Below are positions 1 to 10,767 of a stretch of DNA of 64,000 bases, in pieces; position 1 is the stretch's first letter, and every line of letters begins with the position of its first letter. Position numbers and translations under genes: made by a program. The DNA comes from a virus. The notes beneath the pieces are model-generated. The model searched no databases, was not told the DNA's origin, and worked only from the letters and a program-made list of their open reading frames with translations. The stretch covers positions 64,001-128,000 of IMG/VR virus record IMGVR_UViG_3300032249_000542. One strand, written 5' to 3'.

Positions 1-1548
1 GTAAATACTTCATCTAGTAATGTAACTAATACCTATAGTATTTTATCGGATGTTCTTATTGCTAATTTATCTAGTATTATGATTGGTGCAGCTGATTATG
101 CAATCGCTGGAAAATCAATAAGTAATACCTCAAAGATTATTACTTTGATGAATCCAAGAACAATTACAGTTGGTTCGATTGCAAACTGTCTAGTTGTTAC
201 TGCAAACTCTGTTGCGACAGCTGTTCCTATTGTTCAAACTCAAGGTGCGACATACACCACAGGAACAGTAATTCATTCTATTACTGGATTCAGGTCAATA
301 GGCGGTTATATAATTAATGGTTCCGGAGAAAACTATCGAGTTGGCGATGAAGTTATTTTTGGATCAAATCCAGTATTAACTGATGGTGTTGGTGCAGCTG
401 CAAGGGTTAGTGCTACAGATACATCTGGTAGAATATTAAAATTAGATATCGAACCAACTAGATTAACTGGTACTGCAAACGTAACTGCAAATAGTCACAT
501 TGTAACTGGAACAGGAACAAGTTTTGACACAGAAATAACAGTTGGTGATAGAATTATTGTAAATGGTGAATCAAGATTTGTTAATGCAATAACTAGTGCA
601 ACTTCTATCAATTGTAACTTAGTGTTTACATATACGACTGCTGGGATAGATGCAGCAATTGGTAAGTATTGGATATACCCAACTGGTGGAACAAACTATA
701 CACAAAATAGTTTTCCATCGATTACGATACGTTCAAGAATCGGTACAGGTGCAAATATAGCTATAGATTCGTGCATGGGTGACGGTGAGAATCTAACTGC
801 AACTGGTTCTAAATTACCAGGAGCTATTGTTAAGATTAAAATTGTTGACGGTGGTAGAGGATATAAGTATATTCCGTTCATTAACTTAACAGAATCTGGT
901 GATGGACTAGCAAGTGCAGAAGCAGAGATTGAAAGTTCGTTTGTAACCTTTGAAGGTAAGTGGACAACTTCTGATTCCATCATTTCTTCAACAGAAAGAA
1001 AAATTCAAGGTAAAGATTATTATGTAGACTATTCTTACATAACATCGTCAAAAGTTGAATTTAGAAAATACAAACAGATTTTAAAAGATTTACTACATCC
1101 TGCAGGTCTAATCAACTATGCAAGATATCGCATAGATAAAGAAGCGAATGTAACAAACTTAGGTGTTACAACTATCAGTCCTAATAAAGTAATTTCTGGT
1201 AAAGTTAATATTTCACAAGGGGGAATATATATTACTGGAGTGAATACTAAATTTGTTGATGGATATAATAAAGGTTATATTGGTATAGGTGATGGAATTG
1301 ATGTCAACGGCAGAATATATGTTGTTGAATCTATTATTAGTAACACAAACGTACAGGTATCACAAGTAACAACAACTCCACCTTTAGGAGTTATTTCTGC
1401 ACCAGTTCCGTTCAACGTAACGGCAAATCTAGAACCATTTATGATTCTTGGTGGAGTAACAAATGTTGCACCTGGAACTGCTGAAATAATATTAGAAAAT
1501 GGGGATATGTTAGTAACAGAAGATGGAAATATTATCACAACGGAATAA
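1..1548 (+). CDS. gp7: Baseplate wedge initiator gp7-like protein, C-terminal part (5' truncated by window)
   Basis: Frame is open from base 1, so the track start at 79 is internal. Motif GKWTTSDSIISS..KIQ..DYYVDYSY....F..YK..LK.LLHPAG is typical of gp7-like proteins of aquatic T4-like phages. Lies upstream of gp8. Confidence 0.75.
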   Translation, partial: VNTSSSNVTNTYSILSDVLIANLSSIMIGAADYAIAGKSISNTSKIITLMNPRTITVGSIANCLVVTANSVATAVPIVQTQGATYTTGTVIHSITGFRSIGGYIINGSGENYRVGDEVIFGSNPVLTDGVGAAARVSATDTSGRILKLDIEPTRLTGTANVTANSHIVTGTGTSFDTEITVGDRIIVNGESRFVNAITSATSINCNLVFTYTTAGIDAAIGKYWIYPTGGTNYTQNSFPSITIRSRIGTGANIAIDSCMGDGENLTATGSKLPGAIVKIKIVDGGRGYKYIPFINLTESGDGLASAEAEIESSFVTFEGKWTTSDSIISSTERKIQGKDYYVDYSYITSSKVEFRKYKQILKDLLHPAGLINYARYRIDKEANVTNLGVTTISPNKVISGKVNISQGGIYITGVNTKFVDGYNKGYIGIGDGIDVNGRIYVVESIISNTNVQVSQVTTTPPLGVISAPVPFNVTANLEPFMILGGVTNVAPGTAEIILENGDMLVTEDGNIITTE

Positions 1549-1551
1549 CAA

Positions 1552-2820
1552 ATGGCAAATACAAAAATTACAGAACTGGTAATAGCATCGTCACTAGATT
1601 CTAATACACAAAATACTTTGTTTCTAATTGTAGACAGACAAAGTGGAACTCCAACAACTAAACAAGTTGAAATGAGTATATTAGATACGGTGTTTGATTA
1701 CACTACCTCAAAAGCAAACTCCGCAGCACTATATGCTAACGGTGCTTTTGTTCAATCAAACTCTGCGTATGGATCACAGAATACAACTGGCATATATGCT
1801 AATGCTGCGTTCCTACATGCGAATAATGCATACGGTTCTCAGAATACAACTGGTGTTTATGCCAATGCAGCATTCCTAAAAGCGAACACTCCATCGGATG
1901 TTGCGAACTCTGCGGCACTATATGCTAATGGTGCATTCGTACAAGCAAATGCTGCTTTTATTGCCACAAACACTTCTTCTGCCGGAAGTTATGCAAACTC
2001 AGCATTTTTAAAAGCTAATTCCGTATATGAATTGGCAAATCTCAATTACTTGCAAGCTGCCACTAGATTAAATGTATCATATACTGCTGCCGATGCTTAT
2101 TTGTTCGACCAATATGTTGGAAACAATCCAACTATCCGTGTATCTCCAGGTACAACTATTGCGTTTGATTTGAATTATGTTGGATCAAATTCTTTCATGA
2201 TTCGTCAATCTATTGGTGGAACTAATGTATCAACTAATTTAATTCACGTTTCACCTACTGGTGTTATATCACTTAATGATGAAGCGCAAGGTAAAAACTC
2301 AGGTATATTGTTCTTTAAAGTTCCAGTTGATATTGTCAACACAGATTATGCATATCAGAATTCCAATAATCCAGGAACCATGCGTGGAATAATTCGTATT
2401 GAGCAACATATTGGTGTTGTGCAAAATATTGCAAACGCAGGATACGTTCAAGCTAATACTCCTTCGCATGTTGCGAACTCTGCGGCACTTTATGCTAACG
2501 GTGCGTTTGCTCAAGCGAATGCTGCTTTCTTAACTGCAAACACTCCGCCTGCTATTGCAAACTCTGCTGCGTTATATGCTAATGGTGCGTTTGTACAATC
2601 GAATGCTGCTTTCCTAACTGCAAATACTCCTTCACATGTTGCGAACTCTGCTTCAACATATGCTAACGGTGCGTTCTTATCGGCGAATTCTGCATACAGT
2701 TATAGTTCAAATAATACTACAGCAAAGTGGGCCGCAACTGCTCCAACAACTGTTCAGGCAGCAATTGATAGACTTGCAAATGCAGTATATACACTAAGAA
2801 GTAATTCGCCAATACCTTAA
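1552..2820 (+). CDS. Fibre-like virion protein: KITEL N-terminus, ANxA[YF]xx heptads, central cupredoxin-like domain
   Basis: 422 aa. N-terminal MANTKITEL..LFLIVD..TTKQ; two heptad blocks flank NPTIRVSPGTTIAFDL...LFFKVP...YAYQ...MRGII. Confidence 0.6.
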   Translation: MANTKITELVIASSLDSNTQNTLFLIVDRQSGTPTTKQVEMSILDTVFDYTTSKANSAALYANGAFVQSNSAYGSQNTTGIYANAAFLHANNAYGSQNTTGVYANAAFLKANTPSDVANSAALYANGAFVQANAAFIATNTSSAGSYANSAFLKANSVYELANLNYLQAATRLNVSYTAADAYLFDQYVGNNPTIRVSPGTTIAFDLNYVGSNSFMIRQSIGGTNVSTNLIHVSPTGVISLNDEAQGKNSGILFFKVPVDIVNTDYAYQNSNNPGTMRGIIRIEQHIGVVQNIANAGYVQANTPSHVANSAALYANGAFAQANAAFLTANTPPAIANSAALYANGAFVQSNAAFLTANTPSHVANSASTYANGAFLSANSAYSYSSNNTTAKWAATAPTTVQAAIDRLANAVYTLRSNSPIP

Positions 2821-2827
2821 AATGACA

Positions 2828-2835
2828 GATAAATA
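2828..2835 (+). promoter_or_regulatory. T4-type late promoter (GATAAATA) for gp8
   Basis: Intergenic 7/8 match to TATAAATA, 6 nt before the ATG at 2842. Confidence 0.7.
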
Positions 2836-2841
2836 ATTCCT

Positions 2842-4419
2842 ATGGCAAATACAGTAACGACAATTAAAACTAGGTTTAGTACCTCGGAACAGTTCAAGGA
2901 AAGTTTCTCTGAAGCTAATCCTACTGTTTCTTATGTTTTTATCGGAAATCATCTAGCATATACAGATGAAAATACACCCACAGATATTTCAGACACCGTT
3001 CAAGATGAAAAGGTTGTTTGGAATAATATGATTGGTGGTAAAAAGATTACAGGAAATGACGTTGAACATGTTGCTCCTCGTGTCAACTGGACGGCAAATA
3101 CAAAGTATCGTCAATTCGATGATCGCATTGATGCTTTAACATTATTATCTGCAAACACTACACAAAATCTAAAACCAATGTATGTGATTACAACTGGTCG
3201 TAGTGTGTATAAATGTTTGTCAAATAACACTTCAGCAAATTCTACGATAGAACCTACCGGTGATTATGCAACATCCAATGGTGTTATTGATACGGCAGAT
3301 GGTTATCGTTGGAAGTACATGTTCAATATTAAACCAGGGAATAAGTTTTTAACGCTAGATTGGATTCCTTGCCCAACAAGTAATGCACAATTAGATTACA
3401 CTTCCAGTAGGTTGGGAGTTGTTGATGGTGAATTAACGACCATTGTTGTTACTAACGGTGGAACAAATTACAATCACGCAAACGTCAATGTAGTATCATT
3501 TATTTCTGGAACAAATAGACTTACAATTTCTAATACAACGGTTGTATTGAATCAGTTTAATATTCCTACACTTGCAAACCTCACTAACATGTCAGTTACT
3601 GGTCCAGGTATTCGCCCAGGAACATACATCTCCGACATCAATGTTGCATCTGGTATTGTAACTCTTTCAACCAATACTAATAGTACAGGGGGAAATACAA
3701 ATCCTCTATCATTGACAAGTCGTGTTGCAATTATCGGAGACGGAACAAAAGCAGAAGCATCTGTTTTCATCAACAATACAGGTAATGTTGCAAACATCAA
3801 ATTAACAACAGTAGGTATAAACTATTCTTTTGCAAATGCAACTGTCTATGGTTCTGGAACTGGTGCAATAACTAGAGTTATTTTATCACCGAAGTATGGA
3901 CATGGATATAATCCAGCAAAAGAGTTGGGTGCTAAAAATATTATGGTTGCAGTTCGTGTGGGCGAAATTGATTCTACAGAAGGTGGAAAAATAACCGCAA
4001 ACACTAACTTCAGACAGTATGGAATCCTAAGGGATCCGCATAAATATGGTGAAACCTCAATTGTATCATCGGCAAATGCTAACTCTGCGATATCGCAAAC
4101 TACCGATTTGAATGTTGTTCCTGGGTCATTATATCAAGCAAATGAATTTGTTTATCAAGGAACTATTTCAAGTCCATCTGCATACGGATATGTGGTAGAT
4201 CAAACCGAATCTGTTATTAAGTTGACAGGAGTTCGTGGAGTAATGGCAACAGGATTGAATTTGCTTGGAGCAAATTCTGCAATTCAACGAACCGTTGTTT
4301 CAATTAAAAATCCAGATTTTCAATCATTCTCTGGTGACATTTTACATGTTGAAAACGTAACTGCGATTGATCGAGAAGAAGGTCAAGCAGAAGATATAAA
4401 ATTTGTTCTTAAATTCTAA
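2842..4419 (+). CDS. gp8: Baseplate wedge subunit gp8
   Basis: Motifs W.NMIGGKKI, PRVNW, VYKCLSN, DGYRWKYMF, FRQYGIL.DP, SGDILHVEN..I.R...Q.EDIK.VL.F. Confidence 0.9.
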   Translation: MANTVTTIKTRFSTSEQFKESFSEANPTVSYVFIGNHLAYTDENTPTDISDTVQDEKVVWNNMIGGKKITGNDVEHVAPRVNWTANTKYRQFDDRIDALTLLSANTTQNLKPMYVITTGRSVYKCLSNNTSANSTIEPTGDYATSNGVIDTADGYRWKYMFNIKPGNKFLTLDWIPCPTSNAQLDYTSSRLGVVDGELTTIVVTNGGTNYNHANVNVVSFISGTNRLTISNTTVVLNQFNIPTLANLTNMSVTGPGIRPGTYISDINVASGIVTLSTNTNSTGGNTNPLSLTSRVAIIGDGTKAEASVFINNTGNVANIKLTTVGINYSFANATVYGSGTGAITRVILSPKYGHGYNPAKELGAKNIMVAVRVGEIDSTEGGKITANTNFRQYGILRDPHKYGETSIVSSANANSAISQTTDLNVVPGSLYQANEFVYQGTISSPSAYGYVVDQTESVIKLTGVRGVMATGLNLLGANSAIQRTVVSIKNPDFQSFSGDILHVENVTAIDREEGQAEDIKFVLKF

Positions 4420-4429
4420 AGGTTAATTC

Positions 4430-7400
4430 ATGCCAATCAGCACTAATTTTAATGTAAATCCATACTACGATGACTATGATGAGGATAAGCAATTTCTCAG
4501 ATTACTATATAAACCCGGATATGCGGTTCAGGCTCGTGAATTAACCCAAGCACAAACACTACTTCAAAAACAAGTAGAAAGATTTGGTAACCACATATTC
4601 AAGAATGGTTCTATTGTAACTGGCGGTCAGGTATTCCTACAAAATGTATCTTATATGAATTTGGATAGCCAGTATGCAACTACCGATATTCTTGCTGCTG
4701 ATTTTGTTGATAAAATTATTCTAACAACAGATAATTCAAAACGTGGCCAAGTTATTAAAGTTTATGATGCAACAGCAAATACCCCACATACTTTATTAGT
4801 TAAACAAATATACGGTAACACATTTACTTCAGGCGATTCTATTAAGACACTTGAAACTGGTGGCGATGCGTTTGCGAATCGTGCAAACATTTCTACATTA
4901 GGTACTGGTACAGGACAAGTATTTTCAGTAAATGATGGTGTTTTCTACTACGAAGGTTTTTTTGTTAAGGTAGATCCACAAGCAATCGGAACATCAATAT
5001 ACAATAATAATACTGCAAACGTAAGAATAGGTTTTGAAGTTACCGAATCAATAGTCGAATCTGTTAATGATACGTCACTACTTGATCCAGCACAAGGTGC
5101 ATCTAATTTCCAAGCACCAGGTTCTGATCGTTTTAAAATTGAATTAAATCTAACAACAAGATCATTGGATAGTGTTGACTTAACAAAGTTTATTGAACTT
5201 GCACAAGTTAAAGAAGGTATATTACAAAAAGTAATTAGAAATGCTCTTTATGCTAATTTAGAAGATACTCTAGCAAGACGTACATATGATGAATCAGGTG
5301 ATTATGTTGTAAATCCGTTTTTATTGAGTATAGAAACAAATGCATCAAATACTGCTAACATGGATCTTGTTTTATCTGCTGGTAAAGCTTATGTTAAAGG
5401 TTATGAATATCAAACAATTTCGCCAATAACAATTACTGTTCCAAAACCAAGAGATACAATTAACGTAGATACAAAATTTATTTCTGCTGACTTTGGTTCA
5501 TATGTTTATACGTTTAATCATTTTGCATTATTGCCTTCTGATACTTTAGGCACAATTGATATTCATTGCGTACAAAACAATAGTATCTGGACTGCAAATA
5601 CAGCTGTATACTCAAATACCAAGATTGGTACAGCAAGAGTTAAATCTGTAGTTTTTGACACTACTGCTGGAAGTCAATCAGATGCAAGTACCTATGTTTA
5701 TAAAACATATTTGACAGATATTAATGTTGGTTCTATCGTTGCTTCCGTTGCAACCGGAGTTAATACATCTTGTTTTGCTTTAGGAAGCGCAACAGTAGGG
5801 TCAATGTCAAATATAGATAATGCATATGCTGGTGCAAAGATTCGTATTGTTTCTGGTCCAGGTGCTGGAGAAACACCAAAAACAATTACAACATATTCAG
5901 GTTCAACTAAAAATATAACAACCAATATTCCGTTTGCAGTTGCTCCTACTACTTCTAGTATATACTCTATTGATTTTGAAATTAAAGATGCGGAATCTTT
6001 TGTTGAGATTGGTGCAGACTCTACTAAATTCACATCAGCTGCAAATATTTACGGATTTTCTAAAGATCAAGCGTCAACGTATGAAAACGTGTTTGTTTCT
6101 GAAAAATCACAAGAACCGTTGTTGTTCAAGTTGGGTGAAGATTATGTAGTTGCTAATTCTATTGCAAATTTCTCTTATGAATATCAAAAGTTTTTATCTG
6201 GCGTAACAATAAGTGCAAGTACAGTTGACTTATCATCTTATTTGTCTGCGGGTGAAACATTAACCACAACATCTACTTCATCAATTTCATCCAAACAAAA
6301 AGATTTAATAGTTCAAGCAAAAACTACAAGTGGAATTTATGTTCCTAATCAAATTATTGCTGCAGCTAACTTATCTGTTTCTGGAACAACACTAACAATC
6401 AGTTCAGCGTATACTGGTACTGCTGACATGTTCGTTACTGTACGTTCAGATGCTACATCTAAAAATAAGAATTACGTTCGTGCTAATGTAGTTGTTCAAA
6501 ATTATGGTGCCGCAAATAATATTTTTGGTAACAGTTCAGTTTTCGTAATAAATGACCAAGGTCAAACTCAAATTCACAATACATCGCATATAAACAAACT
6601 CCCTGGTTTATCTCAGTCACTATATGTTTCTGATGTTGTGTCAATTAATGCAATCTTCGATTTCCAAGGTACAACTATTAGTCAAGCGAACATGGGTTCT
6701 GCTGCTAACGTCACAAGTCGTTATTTACTAGATACGGGTCAAAGAGATAGTTATTATGACCATGCATCTATTATACTAAAAGCAGGAGTAACTCCTCCTA
6801 CTGGCCCATTATTAATTAGATATAATCGTTATACCACATCTAATACTCCGGGTTACTATACAGTAGACTCATATCTACGTGGACACAATAGTGGTTATTC
6901 TGAAGTTGCATATGAAAATGTTCCAAGGTTCACTTCAATATCTTCTGAAAAAGAGAATTATTTACTAAGAGATCATTTGGATTTTCGTCCATGGAGACAG
7001 GATGCATCCGCAAATGATTTAACTTTAGCTAACACAAAAACATTTGGTACAACCACAAATGGATTAAAAATTCCATTAAATGGTTCCGATATTGTTACAT
7101 CGTTTAAAAACTATTTACCAAGAATTGATAAAGTTGTTTTAAATGTTGCTAGAGAATTCAGTATCATTAAAGGAGAATCTTCGGTTACTCCTTCGAGACC
7201 ACAAGACAAAGAAGATTCAATGACTCTGTATATTTTGAGTTATCCTCCTTTTGTTGATGATACAAAATTTATTTCTGTTAGACCAATTAAAAATCAAAGA
7301 TACACAATGAAAGATATTGGTAACTTTGAAAAAAGAATTGAGAATCTTGAATATTATACTTCATTATCGTTACTAGAATTCGACACAGCAACAAAACAAG

Positions 7401-10400
7401 ACTTTAGTATTCTTGATTCTGCAAACTTACCAAGATTTAAAAACGGATTCATCGTTGATGCTTTTAACGGAACTTCCGTATCGAATGTTTTAGATTTTGA
7501 TTTTAAAGCATCTATTGATAGACAACAAAAATTACTTCGTCCTACGTTTAATGTTACTTCAACACTATTGAACTATGCTCCATCTGATGGAGATAATACA
7601 AACATTAATCGTAACGGACCTATCTTTACAGTTGATTCTAATGAGATAACATACTTAGATCAACCACTTGCTTCAAGGTCAGTTAATATTAATCCGTTTA
7701 ATGTTATCAATTATCTTGGTAAAGTGCAACTTGATCCATCTTCAGATGTTTGGTATGATGAAACTCGTCTAGCAGATTTGGCTGTTGATATTTCAGGTGA
7801 CCGTGCTGCATGGCAACAATTAGTTGAGGGTGCTGCTCAAACTGAATGGGATTCTTGGAAAGATATCTGGACTTCAACTCAAACAAGAGATATTGAAAGA
7901 AGTGGTTGGCAGGTAACTGGTACATCTCAAAGTGGACGTGCTGTAACAGTTTCAGAACAACAAAGAGTTGATACATTAAGTGTATCAACAACACAACAAG
8001 GAAGAACTGGTGTAAAATCAACTGTCACACTTGATACACTTACGAAATCATTAGGTGATCGTGTCGTAGATGTTTCGATTATTCCTTACATGAGAGATGT
8101 AAATATTCTTATTGTTGGTGATGATTTCTATCCATCAACACAGTTATTTTCTTTCTTTGATGCACAAGATGTTAGTGGATATGTTGCTCGTGCGAACAAA
8201 ATTGTATTCAGAAATAACAATTTAAAATATCAAACACAAATAGGTAATCCAGAAGTTATAACATTTAAGAATAATGTTACAGGAACAACTAATGCTCAAG
8301 GTATTATTGTTAAAACTTCAAACAATGTTGGATTCTTTGTAAGTGCAGAAGCAACTTCTTCTTTAAATGTAACACCAACATCAGCAACATTAAGTGTCAT
8401 TGGACAATCAAGTACACAAAATAATGTTATTGAATATTTTGAACATTATACTGGTAATGCAGCTGCTGGAGGAGCTTCAACAATTACGTTGAATCTACTC
8501 GCTTCTGGTGCTTTAAATGCTACCAATGCAAACTTTACTGGTGAACCAATTAAGATTATATCAGGTAAGGGTGTTGGACAATCTGCAACAATTAGCGCAT
8601 ATGATCCTGCGACTAGAATTGCAACTATTACTCCTGCATGGACTACTGTTCCAGATGTGACTTCACGTTATACGGTCGGCCGTTTAACAACAACTGATAC
8701 TGGTTCTGTTGCAGGTATTTTCTTCTTACCAACTGGAACATTTAGAGTTGGTGAAAAATTATTCAGATTGATCGATGATAGTGCAGGTAACTTAGAGGCA
8801 TCTAAAACAAATGGGGATGCACGATTCTTTGCAGCAGGATTATTACAGACAAAACAAGAATCATCAATTACTGCAACTGTTCCTGCAGGTATTCAGCGTT
8901 CAGATGTGTCTGATACTCGAACTGTTCAGTCTACATCGTTTGGACAGAGGACAGAAAAAAGATCGTATGTGTATTATGTCGATCCTCTTGCACAAACATT
9001 CTTTGTTAATGGTGCATTATTTCCGAATGGATTATATATCAGTAAGATTCGTGTTTGCTTTAGAACAAAGGATCCTACTGTTCCAGTAACACTACAAATT
9101 AGACCTACCGTAAATGGATTCCCTCATAGTTCAGTTGTTTATCCGTTTGGTACTGTTACATTGACTCCAGATAAAGTTACTGTATCTGAAAAACCAAGTC
9201 TTGATGATGCAGCAAAATTTACTGACTTTGTGTTTGATGCTCCAATCTATTTGCTCCCAGGTGAACATTCATTTGTTCTACTTGCAAACTCAAATCAATA
9301 TGAAGTGTATTGTGCAGAAAAAGGTAAGACGAATCTTTTGGATAATAAACAAATTTCAGACCAACCATATGGTGGTTCATTATTCTTATCACAGAATGGA
9401 TCGACTTGGACACCAGAACAAAATCTTGACATGATGTTTAGGGTTAGTAGAAATGAATATTCTCAAACTCCATCGCAAGTTGTGTTTCATGCGAACATGT
9501 CGAACACCACATCAAATGTTGTGTATGATCTAATTCATTTGATGACTGGAGAAATGATTCTTCCAGGAACATCTGTAACATATAAATTTGCATCGGAAAG
9601 AGCTGCACCATATGGTGGAGCTGTTGGATACAAACCAATTATTCCTTTAGAAAATTATATTGTAAATGATGGTGAACGCCGTCGTGTATTGAATCCAACA
9701 ACTGGTAACACTACATTCAAAGTTATTGCTACACTCGCAACAAGTGATTCTGCAATATCACCATATGTTGATACAAATAGATTTAATTTATTAACAGTTG
9801 AAAATAGAATGAACAATCTACCATTGTCTAACGACCAAATCGTTATTGCAAATACTGGTAGTGGGATGACTAGTGGAATATACAGTATTGCATTATCAAA
9901 TACTGCCGGTGGTGGTGCAATCCTTCTTGCAAATGTTGTTGGAGGTTCTATTTCTAGAGCTTGGGTACAAGATGGTGGAAGTGCATATGTAGATTCCCCA
10001 TCAATTAACTTATTTGCTTCGTTAGCAACATCTGCTGGTGGATATACTGGTGGAATGTGTGTTGGATCAGGTGCAAATGGTGCTTCTATTATAATCAACG
10101 GAGAAACCTCTAAATCAGGTGGTCCTGCAACAGCACGATACATTATGCGTACCGTAACACTTGAAGATGGATTTGATTCCGGAGATATTCGTGTTTATCT
10201 AACTGCATATAAACCAGCAGGTAGTGACATTTACGTTTACTTCAAACCACAGTCTGTATCAGATATTGAAAAATTCTCTGATTTAAATTGGCAATTATTG
10301 ACACAGATTAATAATGGTAACTTTGTATCAACACAAGCAAATGACTTTAGAGAATTGGTATTTGCTCCTGGAATAAACGGTGTTGCAAACAACTCTATTC

Positions 10401-10537
10401 TGTATTCGTCTGGTACAACATCATTTACTAACTATAAATCTTTTGCAATTAAAATTGTCATGTCTGGTTCTGATACAGTAGACGTTCCATTAATAAGAGA
10501 CTTACGTGTTATTGCTTTACCGGAGGGTAACGTATAA
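4430..10537 (+). CDS. Large virion structural protein, VrlC/DUF4815 type
   Basis: 2035 aa. N-terminal FNVNPYYDDY..K.F.R.L.KPG.AVQARELTQ.Q, LARRTYDESGDY, RYTMKDIG..EKRIENLEYYTSL, DPLAQTF, C-terminal FAIKIV...P.IRDLRVIAL. Follows gp8 as in aquatic T4-like phages. Confidence 0.85.
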   Translation: MPISTNFNVNPYYDDYDEDKQFLRLLYKPGYAVQARELTQAQTLLQKQVERFGNHIFKNGSIVTGGQVFLQNVSYMNLDSQYATTDILAADFVDKIILTTDNSKRGQVIKVYDATANTPHTLLVKQIYGNTFTSGDSIKTLETGGDAFANRANISTLGTGTGQVFSVNDGVFYYEGFFVKVDPQAIGTSIYNNNTANVRIGFEVTESIVESVNDTSLLDPAQGASNFQAPGSDRFKIELNLTTRSLDSVDLTKFIELAQVKEGILQKVIRNALYANLEDTLARRTYDESGDYVVNPFLLSIETNASNTANMDLVLSAGKAYVKGYEYQTISPITITVPKPRDTINVDTKFISADFGSYVYTFNHFALLPSDTLGTIDIHCVQNNSIWTANTAVYSNTKIGTARVKSVVFDTTAGSQSDASTYVYKTYLTDINVGSIVASVATGVNTSCFALGSATVGSMSNIDNAYAGAKIRIVSGPGAGETPKTITTYSGSTKNITTNIPFAVAPTTSSIYSIDFEIKDAESFVEIGADSTKFTSAANIYGFSKDQASTYENVFVSEKSQEPLLFKLGEDYVVANSIANFSYEYQKFLSGVTISASTVDLSSYLSAGETLTTTSTSSISSKQKDLIVQAKTTSGIYVPNQIIAAANLSVSGTTLTISSAYTGTADMFVTVRSDATSKNKNYVRANVVVQNYGAANNIFGNSSVFVINDQGQTQIHNTSHINKLPGLSQSLYVSDVVSINAIFDFQGTTISQANMGSAANVTSRYLLDTGQRDSYYDHASIILKAGVTPPTGPLLIRYNRYTTSNTPGYYTVDSYLRGHNSGYSEVAYENVPRFTSISSEKENYLLRDHLDFRPWRQDASANDLTLANTKTFGTTTNGLKIPLNGSDIVTSFKNYLPRIDKVVLNVAREFSIIKGESSVTPSRPQDKEDSMTLYILSYPPFVDDTKFISVRPIKNQRYTMKDIGNFEKRIENLEYYTSLSLLEFDTATKQDFSILDSANLPRFKNGFIVDAFNGTSVSNVLDFDFKASIDRQQKLLRPTFNVTSTLLNYAPSDGDNTNINRNGPIFTVDSNEITYLDQPLASRSVNINPFNVINYLGKVQLDPSSDVWYDETRLADLAVDISGDRAAWQQLVEGAAQTEWDSWKDIWTSTQTRDIERSGWQVTGTSQSGRAVTVSEQQRVDTLSVSTTQQGRTGVKSTVTLDTLTKSLGDRVVDVSIIPYMRDVNILIVGDDFYPSTQLFSFFDAQDVSGYVARANKIVFRNNNLKYQTQIGNPEVITFKNNVTGTTNAQGIIVKTSNNVGFFVSAEATSSLNVTPTSATLSVIGQSSTQNNVIEYFEHYTGNAAAGGASTITLNLLASGALNATNANFTGEPIKIISGKGVGQSATISAYDPATRIATITPAWTTVPDVTSRYTVGRLTTTDTGSVAGIFFLPTGTFRVGEKLFRLIDDSAGNLEASKTNGDARFFAAGLLQTKQESSITATVPAGIQRSDVSDTRTVQSTSFGQRTEKRSYVYYVDPLAQTFFVNGALFPNGLYISKIRVCFRTKDPTVPVTLQIRPTVNGFPHSSVVYPFGTVTLTPDKVTVSEKPSLDDAAKFTDFVFDAPIYLLPGEHSFVLLANSNQYEVYCAEKGKTNLLDNKQISDQPYGGSLFLSQNGSTWTPEQNLDMMFRVSRNEYSQTPSQVVFHANMSNTTSNVVYDLIHLMTGEMILPGTSVTYKFASERAAPYGGAVGYKPIIPLENYIVNDGERRRVLNPTTGNTTFKVIATLATSDSAISPYVDTNRFNLLTVENRMNNLPLSNDQIVIANTGSGMTSGIYSIALSNTAGGGAILLANVVGGSISRAWVQDGGSAYVDSPSINLFASLATSAGGYTGGMCVGSGANGASIIINGETSKSGGPATARYIMRTVTLEDGFDSGDIRVYLTAYKPAGSDIYVYFKPQSVSDIEKFSDLNWQLLTQINNGNFVSTQANDFRELVFAPGINGVANNSILYSSGTTSFTNYKSFAIKIVMSGSDTVDVPLIRDLRVIALPEGNV

Positions 10538-10767
10538 TGGCACTAGTTAAAGTAGAAAATCATAATAACTTAGTCCGTGATACTTCTTCTGGTGCTGTTC
10601 TAAATACAGATAGAACCGGATTGCAAGAGTATTATCGTAGGCGTGAGATTGCAAAGAAAGAACTTCTGGAAAGAGAAGAAAATAAAATGCGTTTGCAAAA
10701 AATGGAACAAGAGATGCAAGAGATAAAAGAATTGTTAAAAGAAATTGCAATAATTAGGAAACAATAA
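10537..10767 (+). CDS. Small conserved coiled-coil protein
   Basis: 76 aa, KVE.H.NLVRD..SGA.LN followed by a charged helix. TAATG overlaps at both ends. Confidence 0.7.
   Translation: MALVKVENHNNLVRDTSSGAVLNTDRTGLQEYYRRREIAKKELLEREENKMRLQKMEQEMQEIKELLKEIAIIRKQ

Noticed and set aside
2842-4419. Classical N-X-S/T sequon enrichment
   Set aside because: Hand count gives about 13 of 52 Asn in gp8, close to what its high Ser/Thr content predicts. The real skew is in the residue before Asn.
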